IMG/VR virus record: IMGVR_UViG_3300014204_000123
Coordinates: 32,001-96,000 of that record
Origin: a virus
Taxonomy: Duplodnaviria > Caudoviricetes
DNA: 64,000 nucleotides
Direction: 5' to 3' (one strand)
The notes under the pieces were generated by a model that worked only from the letters and a program-made list of their open reading frames with translations, did no database searches and was not told where the DNA came from. Shown one piece after another: positions 6,920-17,493 of this stretch. The position numbers were made by a program, and so were the translations under genes. Position 1 is the first letter of the stretch. Each line of letters opens with the position of its first letter.

Positions 6920-8818
6920 ATGCCCAGAAACGCTGCATGGATTGAGGGAAGTGAGATTGTGGTTGACTCGCCGTATTCTGCGGATGCGGTTGTTGCGGCC
7001 CGTGCTATCCCCGGACGTTTCTGGGATGGAGCTAACAGGCGGACTCGCTTCCCAGGTTGGCGGCTTACTGAGGTTACGGCCTGGATCTCCAGATACTTCC
7101 CTGGCTTGGATGTTTCTGGGCTGAATGCCCCGATAGGGGATGCGATCAAGGTCGAGGGCCGCGGGGCGTTCTTTGCGGTGACAACGCCTTACGATGTTGA
7201 TTTTGTTTCGGCGGTGAAAAAGCTTCCCGATTGTTCCTGGCCGCAAGATCAAGAGATTTGGCTGGTTCCCAAGGACCGGGCACGGGATCTCTTGGGCATA
7301 TGCAAGCGGATATTCGGGAGTGAGCCTTCGGCGTTGCTTGCTGCCATAGCCGAGCACGAGGGGAATAGAGCGCTGGCGACTGCGGTATCCAGTGAGGACA
7401 AGATAATCCTTCCTGGCGGGGAGCTATTCCCGTTCCAAGTAACAGGAGTAAAGTTCTTAGAGTCAAAAGGTATGGGTCTTATATCGGACGACATGGGGCT
7501 GGGAAAATCTATACAAACAATAGCCTATATGTATAGAAACAAAGAAATATCACTTCCGGCTATTGTTGTTTGCCCTGCGTCGGTGAAGGTCAATTGGGTT
7601 CGGGAGATCACGAGGTGGAGTGGTCGGCAATTGATTGCAGTTGTTGCGGACGTGAAGAAATTGGAGTCTCAGATTGCCTCAGAGAAGCCGGATGTTTTGG
7701 TCTTGAATTATGAGACGCTTCCGAAGTTGGTAGACGCTACGGGTGCGGTTTCTCCTGTTCTTGTGCGGTGGGGCTTGAAGTGTATTGTTTTCGACGAAGC
7801 GCACACGTTGAAGAATGCGAAGAGCCAAAGGTCGAAGGCGGCCTTGGCACTAGTCAGGCATACGGGCGGTCGTGTGATAGAACTGACAGGGACTCCGCTA
7901 CTGAATCGGCCCGGTGAACTGTGGCACTTGCTGCATTTGCTTGACGGGGAAGCATGGGGCAACTACGGGCGGTTCCGATTCAGATACTGCGGTCCCGAGC
8001 AAAACCGTTACGGATGGACGTTCGACGGGGCTTCAAATACTCAGGAGCTTAGGGATCGATTGATCGGGCATTACATGGTTCGGCGCCTGAAAAAAGACGT
8101 GTTGAAGGAACTTCCACCGAAGCTGAGAAGCTATGTCCCGGTCCGACTGGACAAGGCGGGGATGAAGGAATGCCGGGATCTGTTTGGAACTTTTGCTGCT
8201 AGGCTTATGGCGGAAGATGGGAGCCCGTTGAAGCGTCATGCCGACACGTTGGCGGCGATGAACGAGCTTCGGCAAGCGGTGGGAATGCGAAAGGTTCCGG
8301 TCGTGGCCTCGTGGCTTGTAGAGGCGCTGGAAACGACGGGGAAGGTTCTCGTGTTCGCTTATCATCATGCGGTGACGGATGCGTTGATAGCGACGCTTGC
8401 TGAGTCTGGCGTTAGGGTCTCTAGGGTTGACGGTAGGGACGATCTGGCGACTAGGCAATCTGCAATTGACGGATTCCAGGCGGGCGACATCCAGGTTTTG
8501 GTCTGCGGGATCAAGACTGCGGGGGTGGGCCTTACATTGACTGCTACTGACCAAGTGGTTTTCATCGAGCGCGCTTGGCGTCCGGCGGATCATGAGCAGG
8601 CGGAAGACCGGGCATACAGGATCGGGCAAGACAAGTGCGTCAACGTCTGGTTCTTCGATGCCGAAGATACAATTGACGACGATATGAGGGATCTCCAGGA
8701 TTCCAAGCGAGGGGTTATCTCTGCGATAGTCGACGGCGGCGATGCTCCGAATGAGACGGAAGAGAGTGTGGCGATGCAAGTGGCTTTGCGGGTCATGAAA
8801 CGATATCAGGAGCGATAA
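6920..8818 (+). CDS. SNF2-family (SMARCAL1/HARP-like) helicase
   Basis: DDMGLGKS, VVCPAS, DEAH, LTGTP, GVGLTL, QAEDRAYRIGQ motifs; GGAGG RBS before ATG 6920. Confidence 0.92.
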   Translation: MPRNAAWIEGSEIVVDSPYSADAVVAARAIPGRFWDGANRRTRFPGWRLTEVTAWISRYFPGLDVSGLNAPIGDAIKVEGRGAFFAVTTPYDVDFVSAVKKLPDCSWPQDQEIWLVPKDRARDLLGICKRIFGSEPSALLAAIAEHEGNRALATAVSSEDKIILPGGELFPFQVTGVKFLESKGMGLISDDMGLGKSIQTIAYMYRNKEISLPAIVVCPASVKVNWVREITRWSGRQLIAVVADVKKLESQIASEKPDVLVLNYETLPKLVDATGAVSPVLVRWGLKCIVFDEAHTLKNAKSQRSKAALALVRHTGGRVIELTGTPLLNRPGELWHLLHLLDGEAWGNYGRFRFRYCGPEQNRYGWTFDGASNTQELRDRLIGHYMVRRLKKDVLKELPPKLRSYVPVRLDKAGMKECRDLFGTFAARLMAEDGSPLKRHADTLAAMNELRQAVGMRKVPVVASWLVEALETTGKVLVFAYHHAVTDALIATLAESGVRVSRVDGRDDLATRQSAIDGFQAGDIQVLVCGIKTAGVGLTLTATDQVVFIERAWRPADHEQAEDRAYRIGQDKCVNVWFFDAEDTIDDDMRDLQDSKRGVISAIVDGGDAPNETEESVAMQVALRVMKRYQER

Positions 8819-9258
8819 TGGAAGAAAAACTAGACATGGTTCCATGGTATAGGGCGATGGCGCTTGCGATTGAGAAGGGTTGGGAGATAAGGGTCCTGGA
8901 CCCGGAGATAGGGATAATGCGTTGGGTCCGCTGGGATGGACCGACTCATAGGTATGTCGTTATAGATTGGCCACATAATTTGACTGGCGTTGAGCTTCTG
9001 TCTGGGTCCTATTATGATGTCCGGCCGCCTAAAGGCACGGGCAGAAGGCTGAGCGAGTGTAGCGCTGGCAAGTGGTACTCGTCCATTCCGATATCGGACG
9101 GCCAGAACAGGCACGCCGGAAGGTGCACGATAACGGAGGGCGGGGATCTATCACTTCGTGATCGGCTGAGTATAAAAGCCATAACTGAGCCCTGCTGGTA
9201 TAGCACAAAACAAGAGGCTGAATCTGTGATGGACGCTCGTGACAGAGTAGGAGTGTAG
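8818..9258 (+). CDS. hypothetical, paralog family X copy 1
   Basis: AMALAIEKGW...GRRLSEC...W...ITEPCWY. Confidence 0.7.
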   Translation: MEEKLDMVPWYRAMALAIEKGWEIRVLDPEIGIMRWVRWDGPTHRYVVIDWPHNLTGVELLSGSYYDVRPPKGTGRRLSECSAGKWYSSIPISDGQNRHAGRCTITEGGDLSLRDRLSIKAITEPCWYSTKQEAESVMDARDRVGV

Positions 9259-9260
9259 CC

Positions 9261-9803
9261 GTGGCCAACGTCAATGTGGGCGATATCAGAATCAGGGTAG
9301 ACTACTCGGTGTCGGAAGGCATCCCGGTAGAGCATATCATATACTACACGGTGGTAAAGCTGACCAAGACCGGGGTTTGGGTTGTTATTGGAAGACTGAG
9401 CGAGCTGTATATATCGCAGATGACGGACGATATAGCGAAGCGCCGGGAGACTCTTCGGAGCTTCGGAGCGCGGTGGCTCAGTGTGGATACATCCGGCCGG
9501 ACCAAGTTCGTTTACAGGACACTGGAGGAGGCGAGAAGGGAATGTGCATTCCGCAAGGTTCGGGCGGCTCGTTACTCCTGGAATAGGTACGTGAACGCTA
9601 CTCACATTGCCAAGAACGCCATGGTCAAGGCTGGGATTGATACGCTGAACCCTCCTGGGATACATGACGGGGTTTCGCTGAGGATGGCGAGGTCGTTCGA
9701 GTTTATATCGAGGGACCCGGTGTTCATGGACTGGGAGTTCAAAGAACCGACTCCGCTGCGACTGGGGTCGTTTTCGGAGATTGAAGAGGAGGAAGTAATA
9801 TGA
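9261..9803 (+). CDS. hypothetical protein
   Basis: AGGAG RBS with GTG start; tightly packed operon. Confidence 0.6.
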   Translation: MANVNVGDIRIRVDYSVSEGIPVEHIIYYTVVKLTKTGVWVVIGRLSELYISQMTDDIAKRRETLRSFGARWLSVDTSGRTKFVYRTLEEARRECAFRKVRAARYSWNRYVNATHIAKNAMVKAGIDTLNPPGIHDGVSLRMARSFEFISRDPVFMDWEFKEPTPLRLGSFSEIEEEEVI

Positions 9804-10204
9804 AAATGATGCTTTGTGAGGCAGTTGTGAAGTGCGTCAAAGATGGGTGGACGATGGGCGAGGGCGGAAGCGCTGCCCGTTGGAGCCAGACAAATCGATG
9901 CATGACGTACGAGGGAGAAGCCACCCCGGTCTGTTACGTCTCGAACCCTGACTTTTCGGGGGAAATCGAGTGCAGCCCGCCCAAGCCCAAGGGCAAGCGG
10001 CTGTCTGAGTTGACGACCGGAACGTGGCACATGGTTGTTGGTGGCGGAAAAGTCGAGTGTGAAGTTCTAGGCCCAGAGCTTATCTGGTCCACCTACTTCG
10101 GGTCGGCGCTGATTATACCCATCGCCGCGCTCACCGCCTCATGCTGGTACGCCAGCGAGGACGACGCCAGAGCGAACCCGCTGATTGTGGAGGTGAAGTC
10201 ATGA
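9800..10204 (+). CDS. hypothetical, paralog family X copy 2
   Basis: AVVKCVKDGW...GKRLSEL...W...LTASCWY. Confidence 0.7.
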   Translation: MKMMLCEAVVKCVKDGWTMGEGGSAARWSQTNRCMTYEGEATPVCYVSNPDFSGEIECSPPKPKGKRLSELTTGTWHMVVGGGKVECEVLGPELIWSTYFGSALIIPIAALTASCWYASEDDARANPLIVEVKS

Positions 10205-12949
10205 GCGAATGGTATCCGATGGCAGAATTCCCGCACGATGGGAGCTTGGTTGTGCTGCTGAGTTCCGACGGCCGGCTGGACGTTGGGTTCTGGAAGGGCG
10301 ACAAATTTAGCACGTATCTTGGCCTGGGTTCCTATCTGGGTTGGAAGCCACTTGACGACCGAGGGAAGATGGTCGACAAGCCTGCCCCCAAACCCGAGTG
10401 CCGGACGTGCCCGCTGTCGACGCCACTCAATAGCCTTCGCTGTCTTTGTCACTCCGTGCGGTTGACAGTCGATGGCTCGTCAACGATGGATATCGACTGG
10501 TACTGCGAACTTCACCCAGGCTATCCCGAGTGGTCCGAGCATGAGTATCGGCGGCGGTTGGAGGGGCAGCCATGAGCACTGAAACGTGCCCCAAGTGCGG
10601 GGCCGGTGTCGCCAATCATGTGTAACGGAATATGCGGCAAGTGCGGTGGCGACAGGATGGCGGATAACGTGTGCGATTGCGACTATAAAGACGTGCTTGC
10701 GCAGCTTAGGACAATGGCCGAGCTGGCGAATGAAGCAATCTTGGAGAACATACGGCTGGCGGGCGAAAACGCCAGGATGGTCTCTGCGTGTGTCGAGTAC
10801 GCTCAGGACCTGGATGATCTGTGGATTAGGTTCAATAAGGTCAATGGTGAGCTTGCTTTGGTAGAGCAGGAGTATCAGCAGTTACTGGAGGGCAAGTCAT
10901 GAATGGGCTTCAAGTGATACACTATATAGGGTGGGTTTCAATATCTGAAGCCCCTATAGAGTTAGCGATGTCTAGGCTGGAAATGGATTTGGAAAACAAA
11001 GTGAGATTCCGAGTGGATAGATTAGGCGAGCCCCAGGGTTATATCGATTGGGCAAGGCGGTCGGTCCGCGTCAGGTATGAGGTACGCAGGTGGCGGCCCG
11101 ACCTGACAGACGAACAAATGGCGGAAGTCGGCCGTATTGCGTTGGCTATGCTCAATTTGATGCAAGGAGGGACGCCGTGAACGAACTTGAAGCGGCTTTG
11201 ACTGCGGCTGTTGGGGAATGGGCCAAGGGGAAGGGGTTGCCGGAACCGGAGTCGTGGGCGAAGGGCAATGGTTGGTTTATGTTTTGGTATGGTGGCGGCC
11301 TATCAGTTATGTATAGCTATGGCGGTTGGCGCGGGTTCGAGCGCGGTGAAACCGGGGCAACGTCGTTGATTGGATCGCTTCGTGGCGCTATCCATTGGTT
11401 GAAGGCCAGGGGGGTTGGAGGTGAGCAATGACAAATAGCACATGCCCCAAGTGCGGGGCCGACATAGTCAAGCGCTGGACTGGCAAGAGCAGCAAGCTTC
11501 CGAAGTGGGCCTATAGGTGCGGTAGCGAGTGGAACGGCCGTCAAATGGTGCATTCCAGGCCGTGTTTGGAGAAGCGTATTGGGCAACTGGAGGCCCGCAT
11601 TAGGCAACTGGAGGGGCAATCCTAGCCGTCCATCCGGGGGTGACTCGGTCGGCTTACTTGTCCGGGCCCCTCGGTTGGGTGGGTAGAATTGGGGCGTTGA
11701 CAAATGGAGGAAGCGATGTTTGGAAGAAAGCAAAAGATTGAAGCGGCTTGGGCTCCCACAAGGCAGTTTACGATAGCCCAGGAATGCTTCCCGCAAGGGT
11801 CGCAAGTTCGATGGTGCGGTTACACGATGTGGGTTCTGCGTTGGACTGCGGGGTGCAGGCTTGAGCGCGATTGGATGGACAAGTTGCTCTGTGGTGGCAA
11901 CGGCCCGAGTGTGCGTGGTGGAGAGTTGCTCTTGGCGTATTCGTGCGGTGGCCGCATGCGAAAAGCGCTAATCGAGGAGGCTGAAATGCCGGGTTTCCTG
12001 GCGCAGAACCCACCGGTGAATTGTAGCCATGTTTGAGCGGGTTGCGCTGGCGGAGATACTGGCTGAGTTGGTGGAGAGTATGAAGCTAACCTATACAAGG
12101 AAGAGCACTTGCAAGCGAAGCGATACGTCAATTCGACTCGGTTTGTGAGGGTCTTTGGGGGTACAATGTATGGCCATGGGAGGTGAAGCCGTGAACTGTC
12201 CAAGATGTGAAAGCAAACTGTACATGATAGGTTTGGTTGAGAAAACAAGGCCAAGCGGGCCGTGGTACCAGTGCGACGAGTGTGACTGGGAATCGGAGCC
12301 TGTCAGGGAGTTGGTCCTTGCCTCGCCAGCCTACCGCCTCGCCCAGCTTCTGGCACAGGGTGCCAAGCCGGGGTGGTATGGGCCGGATGGGGAGCCATGG
12401 TATTGCGTGAACGGGATGTGCTCTGGCCAAGAGTTCTTAATGAAAGGGCAAGAGTGTATCAGTAAAGGCCATGCCCGGCTTTGCGGGTTCGTGGAGGTGA
12501 AGGAATGAGTTGCCGGACGAGTACGGATTCATGCGTTGGCACCCTCATTGGGTTTATAGCAGGGATGATATTTGGTGCGCTTCTTTTAGCCGTGATTATT
12601 CGCGATTTCAGGAGAGATTCCGAAGTTGCGGAGATCGCTGCGTGCTATGAGAAGTGCGGGTCGGTTGACCTAGAGATTCGTGATGGCAAGTGTTGGTGCC
12701 GAAAGCCGATCGAGGTGCCAGATGGGCGGTAGCGACGTAGAGGTAGCTGATTGCATACGTGAGATCCAGTGCTACCACTTCGACAAGGGACTGGGGATGG
12801 TGACGTTCGAGAAGTTCTCGTTAGAGCTGGGTCCTCGCCGGGATACGGCAGAGGGGACCTGTCCTGTTTGCCGTAAGACCTATTGGCGGAAGCTCAAGTC
12901 GGGGCCTCTTTTGGACATCCTGAATTGGGAACCGCCAAGATTGAGATGA
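10201..12949 (+). other. cluster of about 9 small, mostly translationally coupled ORFs, several with CxxC zinc-ribbon motifs
   Basis: ORFs at 10201, 10606, 10899, 11177, 11428, 11704, ~12191, 12505, 12722, with ATGA/GTGA overlaps and GGAGG RBSs. Confidence 0.6.
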
Positions 12950-12962
12950 GGAGGTAGAGTAA

Positions 12963-13439
12963 ATGAGCGATTCAGACAAGGTTTTGGGGTACAAGGCTAT
13001 GGCGTTGTGCATTGAGAATGGCTATGAGGTCTTGGTAGGTGTCGACGGGGTTGGCTCTGTGTGGATGTTCTGGGAGCAAGACAGACGGACGTTTTCCAGC
13101 GTTGGTCATGGCCACGGGCTTTGCTGTGGAGCACTAGACCCTATGGTCGAGTTCTACGTTCGGGAGGGAAAGCCCCGTCTTGGCCGCAAGCTATCCGAGT
13201 GTGGCCCAACAGGAGCGCAACAAACCGGAGAATGGTTCATGTGCTATAGGATGGTTGGCGAGCCGTTTGGTGGGGAGTTCTTGGAAGTGGTTGTTAACGT
13301 AAATGGGCTTGGGCTCCTAAGCTTTTCAGGGTCTGGAGTTAGTTGCGGCTTAGGCATTCCAACAAGGGCGTTTACTGACCCATGTTGGTACGCTTACCGG
13401 ACGGACGCTAGAGAGTGCTTTATGGAGGGTTTGAAATGA
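12963..13439 (+). CDS. hypothetical, paralog family X copy 3
   Basis: AMALCIENGY...GRKLSEC...WF...FTDPCWY. Confidence 0.7.
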   Translation: MSDSDKVLGYKAMALCIENGYEVLVGVDGVGSVWMFWEQDRRTFSSVGHGHGLCCGALDPMVEFYVREGKPRLGRKLSECGPTGAQQTGEWFMCYRMVGEPFGGEFLEVVVNVNGLGLLSFSGSGVSCGLGIPTRAFTDPCWYAYRTDARECFMEGLK

Positions 13440-14835
13440 ACTATAATGAGTTGAAGTCTATCCCCAAGACGGACCCAGGGTATATTCAGGCGGTTGTGGA
13501 CGCCTGCCTGGGCAAGTCGGTGAAAGTCGCCACGCCACACGGTGTTGAAGTGTGGCGCTGTGTGAAGGTTAAGGCCGTAGTGGAGCATGACCTTTACTCT
13601 TCGGACTACAGTGTTACTGGCTACGGCGCCGTTACGCTTCACCTAGAGAACAAGACTGGGCAGATGGAGCGCGATGCCAATATGTGCTATCGTGAGCGGA
13701 CCAAGGAGCAGACGTGTACGGTCGCTAGCTGGGGTGCGATGGCGAAAGCAAGCGAGGCCTTGTCATGATCTACATCCGTGCGACGATGAAGCGAGGTGAG
13801 GGGACCAAACCAAGGAGTATCTTAGGGTTCGACGAGTGGACTCCGTCTCTTACTGAGTCTGGAGACTACTCTGAGGACCAGTGGGATTTGTTCTTGCCGG
13901 ATTCGATGTCCGACGCTGAGATTTTTGACGTAGAGAACAAGGTATGGGAAGATCCAACGGTGGAGTTCCTGTCCGTGTTCAAAGATGGGGTGGAGGTGGA
14001 AATTGACTACTGATGCTCGGACTCGTGTTGTGATGGGCAACATGGCTAGGGTGTTGTTGTGGCATGGTTCCCTGGGGAAGAGTAGGCTCGGGAATGTGGG
14101 CAATGGGCTAGAACCTCTTAGGTGTGTTGATATTGTTCACACTGTAAGCGAAGGCCCAGACCGTGTCCGAAGTGAATCATATGAGGTTTTTTGCGAAAGG
14201 GAGGGCAAGGGAGACTGCCGCAAATACCATTTCGATTTGGACGGATGGTTGGGGCTTCCCCAGATCTGGGTCCAGGATGTGCGCACAGGTGACGTAACGT
14301 TGACTACTGGAGGTGCTGAATGAAGAGCAAGAATCTGAGTGATGTGTCGAAGTTGTTGAAGGTTTGCGGGGAGACAGCTCGGCGGGTTATGGAAAAGGTT
14401 GACCATGACAAGCACGGCCGGATGTACTTCACGATGGCTTCGGATGCAGATTTGAAAGAGGCATTGAAGTTGGTGCGGGCCGATCGTAGGGAGTTCTTTG
14501 CGAACAAGCGCGATTCGGAAAAGCTGTGTCAGAACGATCCAAGTAATGATGCTCCCGAATCCAGATGTGATTCTAGCGTTGCGAGTGACAACGCTATAGA
14601 TTCATTGGTGCAAGAATTGAAGGGTTGTCCGGCTCGTGAGACATGGAGCTTGCTGTTCGAGAAGCGGTTTGGTGAGCGTGATACGGTGGAGTTTAGCGGG
14701 GAGCATCGTTGGCGCGTCGTCGGCATTGATATATCGTGCGTATATCCGGGAAGCGTTATGCTGAGGGTCCAAAATAGGGTTGGAGAACTTCGGGTCGTGT
14801 CTATTGCGGAGTGGGAAGACGCTTGCAAGGCTTAG
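13436..14835 (+). other. four small hypothetical ORFs (13436, 13765, ~14033, 14320)
   Basis: Tightly packed, overlapping start/stop codons. Confidence 0.55.
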
Positions 14836-14907
14836 CTAAGGGTTAGTCAACAGGTGCAATTATTGCACCTTGAATGCCTGCCACAGGCGGGCGAATGGAG
14901 GTTTTTC

Positions 14908-15390
14908 ATGGGTCAGTCAATGAACAGGGTTCAGTTGTTGGGGCGATTAGGTGCGGACCCGGATTTGCGGTACATTGCGGCCGGGACTGCGGTGTGCAAG
15001 CTTCGGGTTGCCACCACGGAGTTTTTGGGCAAGGAGAAGAAAGAGGAGAAGACCGAGTGGCACGACATTGTTGCCTGGGGGAAGCAGGGCGAGCGATGTG
15101 GCCAGAGTCTTAAGAAGGGGGCATTGGTGTTTGTCGAGGGTCGCCTTTCGCACAGGACTTACGATGCGAAGGACGGGTCGAAGCGAACGGTCACGGAGGT
15201 TGTGGCTCAGAACGTGATTTTCGTCGACTCTCGTGGGTCGTCGGAGTCTAATGGTGGTGATGGGAACCAGGACCGCCGTCCCTACCAGGATTCCAAGCCT
15301 CGTGCTCCTAGTAGTGCTGGACGGACGTACAATCCAGATCCTCCAGATCCTCCAGAGCATTCTTCGCCGGAGGACGATTATCCGTTCTGA
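14908..15390 (+). CDS. ssb: single-stranded DNA-binding protein
   Basis: NRVQLLGRLGADP, KTEWH, VEGRL, TEVVA; acidic tail DDYPF; GGAGG RBS. Confidence 0.95.
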   Translation: MGQSMNRVQLLGRLGADPDLRYIAAGTAVCKLRVATTEFLGKEKKEEKTEWHDIVAWGKQGERCGQSLKKGALVFVEGRLSHRTYDAKDGSKRTVTEVVAQNVIFVDSRGSSESNGGDGNQDRRPYQDSKPRAPSSAGRTYNPDPPDPPEHSSPEDDYPF

Positions 15391-15571
15391 TTTGGGTTGA
15401 CTGAGGTGCTATTCGGGGATAGCATTCAGGAGAGTTGATGATTCTTTCTTGCTCCATGACGCCCGCCCGGCTCCTAGATCTTCATTCCCCTTTCAGGTCC
15501 ATCATCGGTTACCAGTTTTACGGGCGGGCAATTTTTCTGTATATCAATTATACATTGTCAAAGGAGGGCAC

Positions 15572-16579
15572 ATGAAGCTACTTAAGGAACGTTCTAGCGG
15601 ACCCATGGTATTGGTGCTGAAGCAGTTTTTGGAGGAGGCAGGCTATAGTACAAGTGGCCTGGGCTTGGGCCGGGTTGACCTATTCGATGCGATGCTGGAA
15701 TCTGTGGTTATGGATTTTCAGCGGGATAACGGCCTGGACGATGATGGGGTTGTCGGGCCTAAGACGTGGTGTGCGCTGGAGCGTGCTCACGTTGCGTACA
15801 TATCGAAAGGGGTGGTAGTCCCTGGCACGACCCGAAGTCCGTGGGTTCTCAGGCTCCAGTCGGCGTTGGACTTGTGGGCATCCGGCAAGGTTGGGTACGG
15901 TACTCCAAGCGACAGCCGGGTGAAGATGATGAAGCGTGCATTGGTGGCGAGGCTGCGGGCTGAGTTTTTCAAGGACGAAGAGGAGTCCAAGGGCATCAAG
16001 TTCGGGACCACCAATACGTGCGGAGGCTGCTCCTCGTTCGCCAGTAGGGTTTTGGCCTTGATTCTGGGGGATACGGAGCACCGTGGGTTTACGAACCAAT
16101 GCGGGTGCTACATTCCGAGGGACAAGCGGGCTCCTCAGTTCGAGGGGATCGCTGACAATATCGCAGACGCCATGTGCCGTGGGGACCAGACTTGGGATGC
16201 TGGGGAGTGGAATCCCACATGCAGGGGATATGCCGACATGTTTATTCACAAGGGTCCAATGTCTTGGGACCAGTTGGAAACCAAGATGGCCGATGTACCA
16301 TTTGCGATGCTGCATCTGTCTGGCGGCCATGTTATCACGGCGTTTACGGTGGCGAGCGATAGAGGGTGGTGGTACACGGACCCTCGTTCCGGGTTGGTTC
16401 TTCCCGATGGATGTTGGATTCTCGCTGCGGATGGATGGAGTGGAGCTGTAGGCCAGCCGACGACGTTGCAGAAGGACCATGACCGACTGAGCAAGAAGAA
16501 CATTGACCACCTATGGTGCCTGATGAACCCAGGGGGCTATGCCGGTGCTTTGGATGTTCGGGCGTGCCTGGAGGTGTAG
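15572..16579 (+). CDS. peptidoglycan-binding-domain protein with putative Cys/His (papain-like) hydrolase, lysin candidate
   Basis: PG_binding_1 motif FQRDNGLDDDGVVGPKTW; CSSFASRV...GHV...ADG possible catalytic triad; AAGGAGG RBS. Confidence 0.7.
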   Translation: MKLLKERSSGPMVLVLKQFLEEAGYSTSGLGLGRVDLFDAMLESVVMDFQRDNGLDDDGVVGPKTWCALERAHVAYISKGVVVPGTTRSPWVLRLQSALDLWASGKVGYGTPSDSRVKMMKRALVARLRAEFFKDEEESKGIKFGTTNTCGGCSSFASRVLALILGDTEHRGFTNQCGCYIPRDKRAPQFEGIADNIADAMCRGDQTWDAGEWNPTCRGYADMFIHKGPMSWDQLETKMADVPFAMLHLSGGHVITAFTVASDRGWWYTDPRSGLVLPDGCWILAADGWSGAVGQPTTLQKDHDRLSKKNIDHLWCLMNPGGYAGALDVRACLEV

Positions 16580-16580
16580 C

Positions 16581-17405
16581 ATGAAGTGTTTCTACCATCG
16601 GGCAGATCTGGACGGCAAGTGCTCTGGCGCCATTGTGCGGATGGTTCATCCCGAGTGTGTCATGATAGGTGTTGACAATGGGGATGTTGGCCTCGGGCTC
16701 TTGGTGGATGACGGTGAGACGGTGTTCATGGTTGACTACGGGGCGGATCTTGCGACTATGCAGGGCCTTGCGAAGCGCTGTGATTTTGTGTGGATCGACC
16801 ACCATGCTACTTCGATAGATGCAGCGAACAAAGCGCAGTTCTCGCCCCAAGGGCTGCGGGAAGTAGGCAGGGCCGGGTGCGAGCTTACCTGGGAGTATTT
16901 TTTCGGGAAATCCCGGAGCCTTCCTATTGGTGTTTTCTGGCTCGGTCGGTTCGACGTTTGGAAGTGGGGTGGAGTGGAGCACGCCCAAGACTTTCAGTAT
17001 GGGATGCAACGGTTCCCGGCGAGTCCGGTGGACCATTTCTTCTGGGAGCCCATTTTTCGGGACGACAAGGACTGGCTGATGGAGGTGGTTCGGGATGGTC
17101 AGGCTATCAGGGCCTACCAGGATCGCATGGACCAGGAAGCGACCAGGACCTATTCGTTTGAAGGCGAGTTCGAGGGGCTGCGGTGCTTGTTCTTGAACAC
17201 TCCTCGGAAGGGGTCTGCGATGTTCATCTCGTTCGATCCAAAGAAGCACGACGCAATGGTACGCTTCGTCTGGAACGGCAGTGCGTGGGATGTTTCGATG
17301 TACTCGGTGGGTAACGTTGATGTTTCTGCCGTGTGCAAGAAGTACGGCGGTGGTGGCCACACCAATGCCTCTGGGTTCAAGTCAAAAGAGGTTCCCTTCC
17401 TGTAG
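16581..17405 (+). CDS. DHH/DHHA1-family phosphoesterase
   Basis: YHxxDLDG, MVD, WIDHH, GGGGHxxASG. Confidence 0.92.
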   Translation: MKCFYHRADLDGKCSGAIVRMVHPECVMIGVDNGDVGLGLLVDDGETVFMVDYGADLATMQGLAKRCDFVWIDHHATSIDAANKAQFSPQGLREVGRAGCELTWEYFFGKSRSLPIGVFWLGRFDVWKWGGVEHAQDFQYGMQRFPASPVDHFFWEPIFRDDKDWLMEVVRDGQAIRAYQDRMDQEATRTYSFEGEFEGLRCLFLNTPRKGSAMFISFDPKKHDAMVRFVWNGSAWDVSMYSVGNVDVSAVCKKYGGGGHTNASGFKSKEVPFL

Positions 17406-17440
17406 GATTTTCGTTTCTCGCCTTCCCCTAAATTTCCACC

Positions 17441-17469
17441 TTGACAATGTCGATTCTCCGGCTTATGCT
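17441..17469 (+). promoter_or_regulatory. class A sigma70 promoter
   Basis: AAATTTCCACC-TTGACA-17 bp-TATGCT. Confidence 0.8.
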
Positions 17470-17493
17470 GTACCCGTCGGTTCGGGGGATAGC

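Noticed and set aside
7436-7552. Diversity-generating retroelement as the cause of the A-rich patches
   Set aside because: No reverse transcriptase or TR/VR pair in the window; DGRs mutate away from A, not toward it
11578-11616. 21-bp tandem duplication (IGQLEAR/IRQLEGQ)
   Set aside because: An ordinary heptad coiled-coil duplication
15461-15529. Hammerhead ribozyme on the minus strand
   Set aside because: The core reads CCGATGA rather than CTGATGA, and stem II/GAAA geometry does not fit
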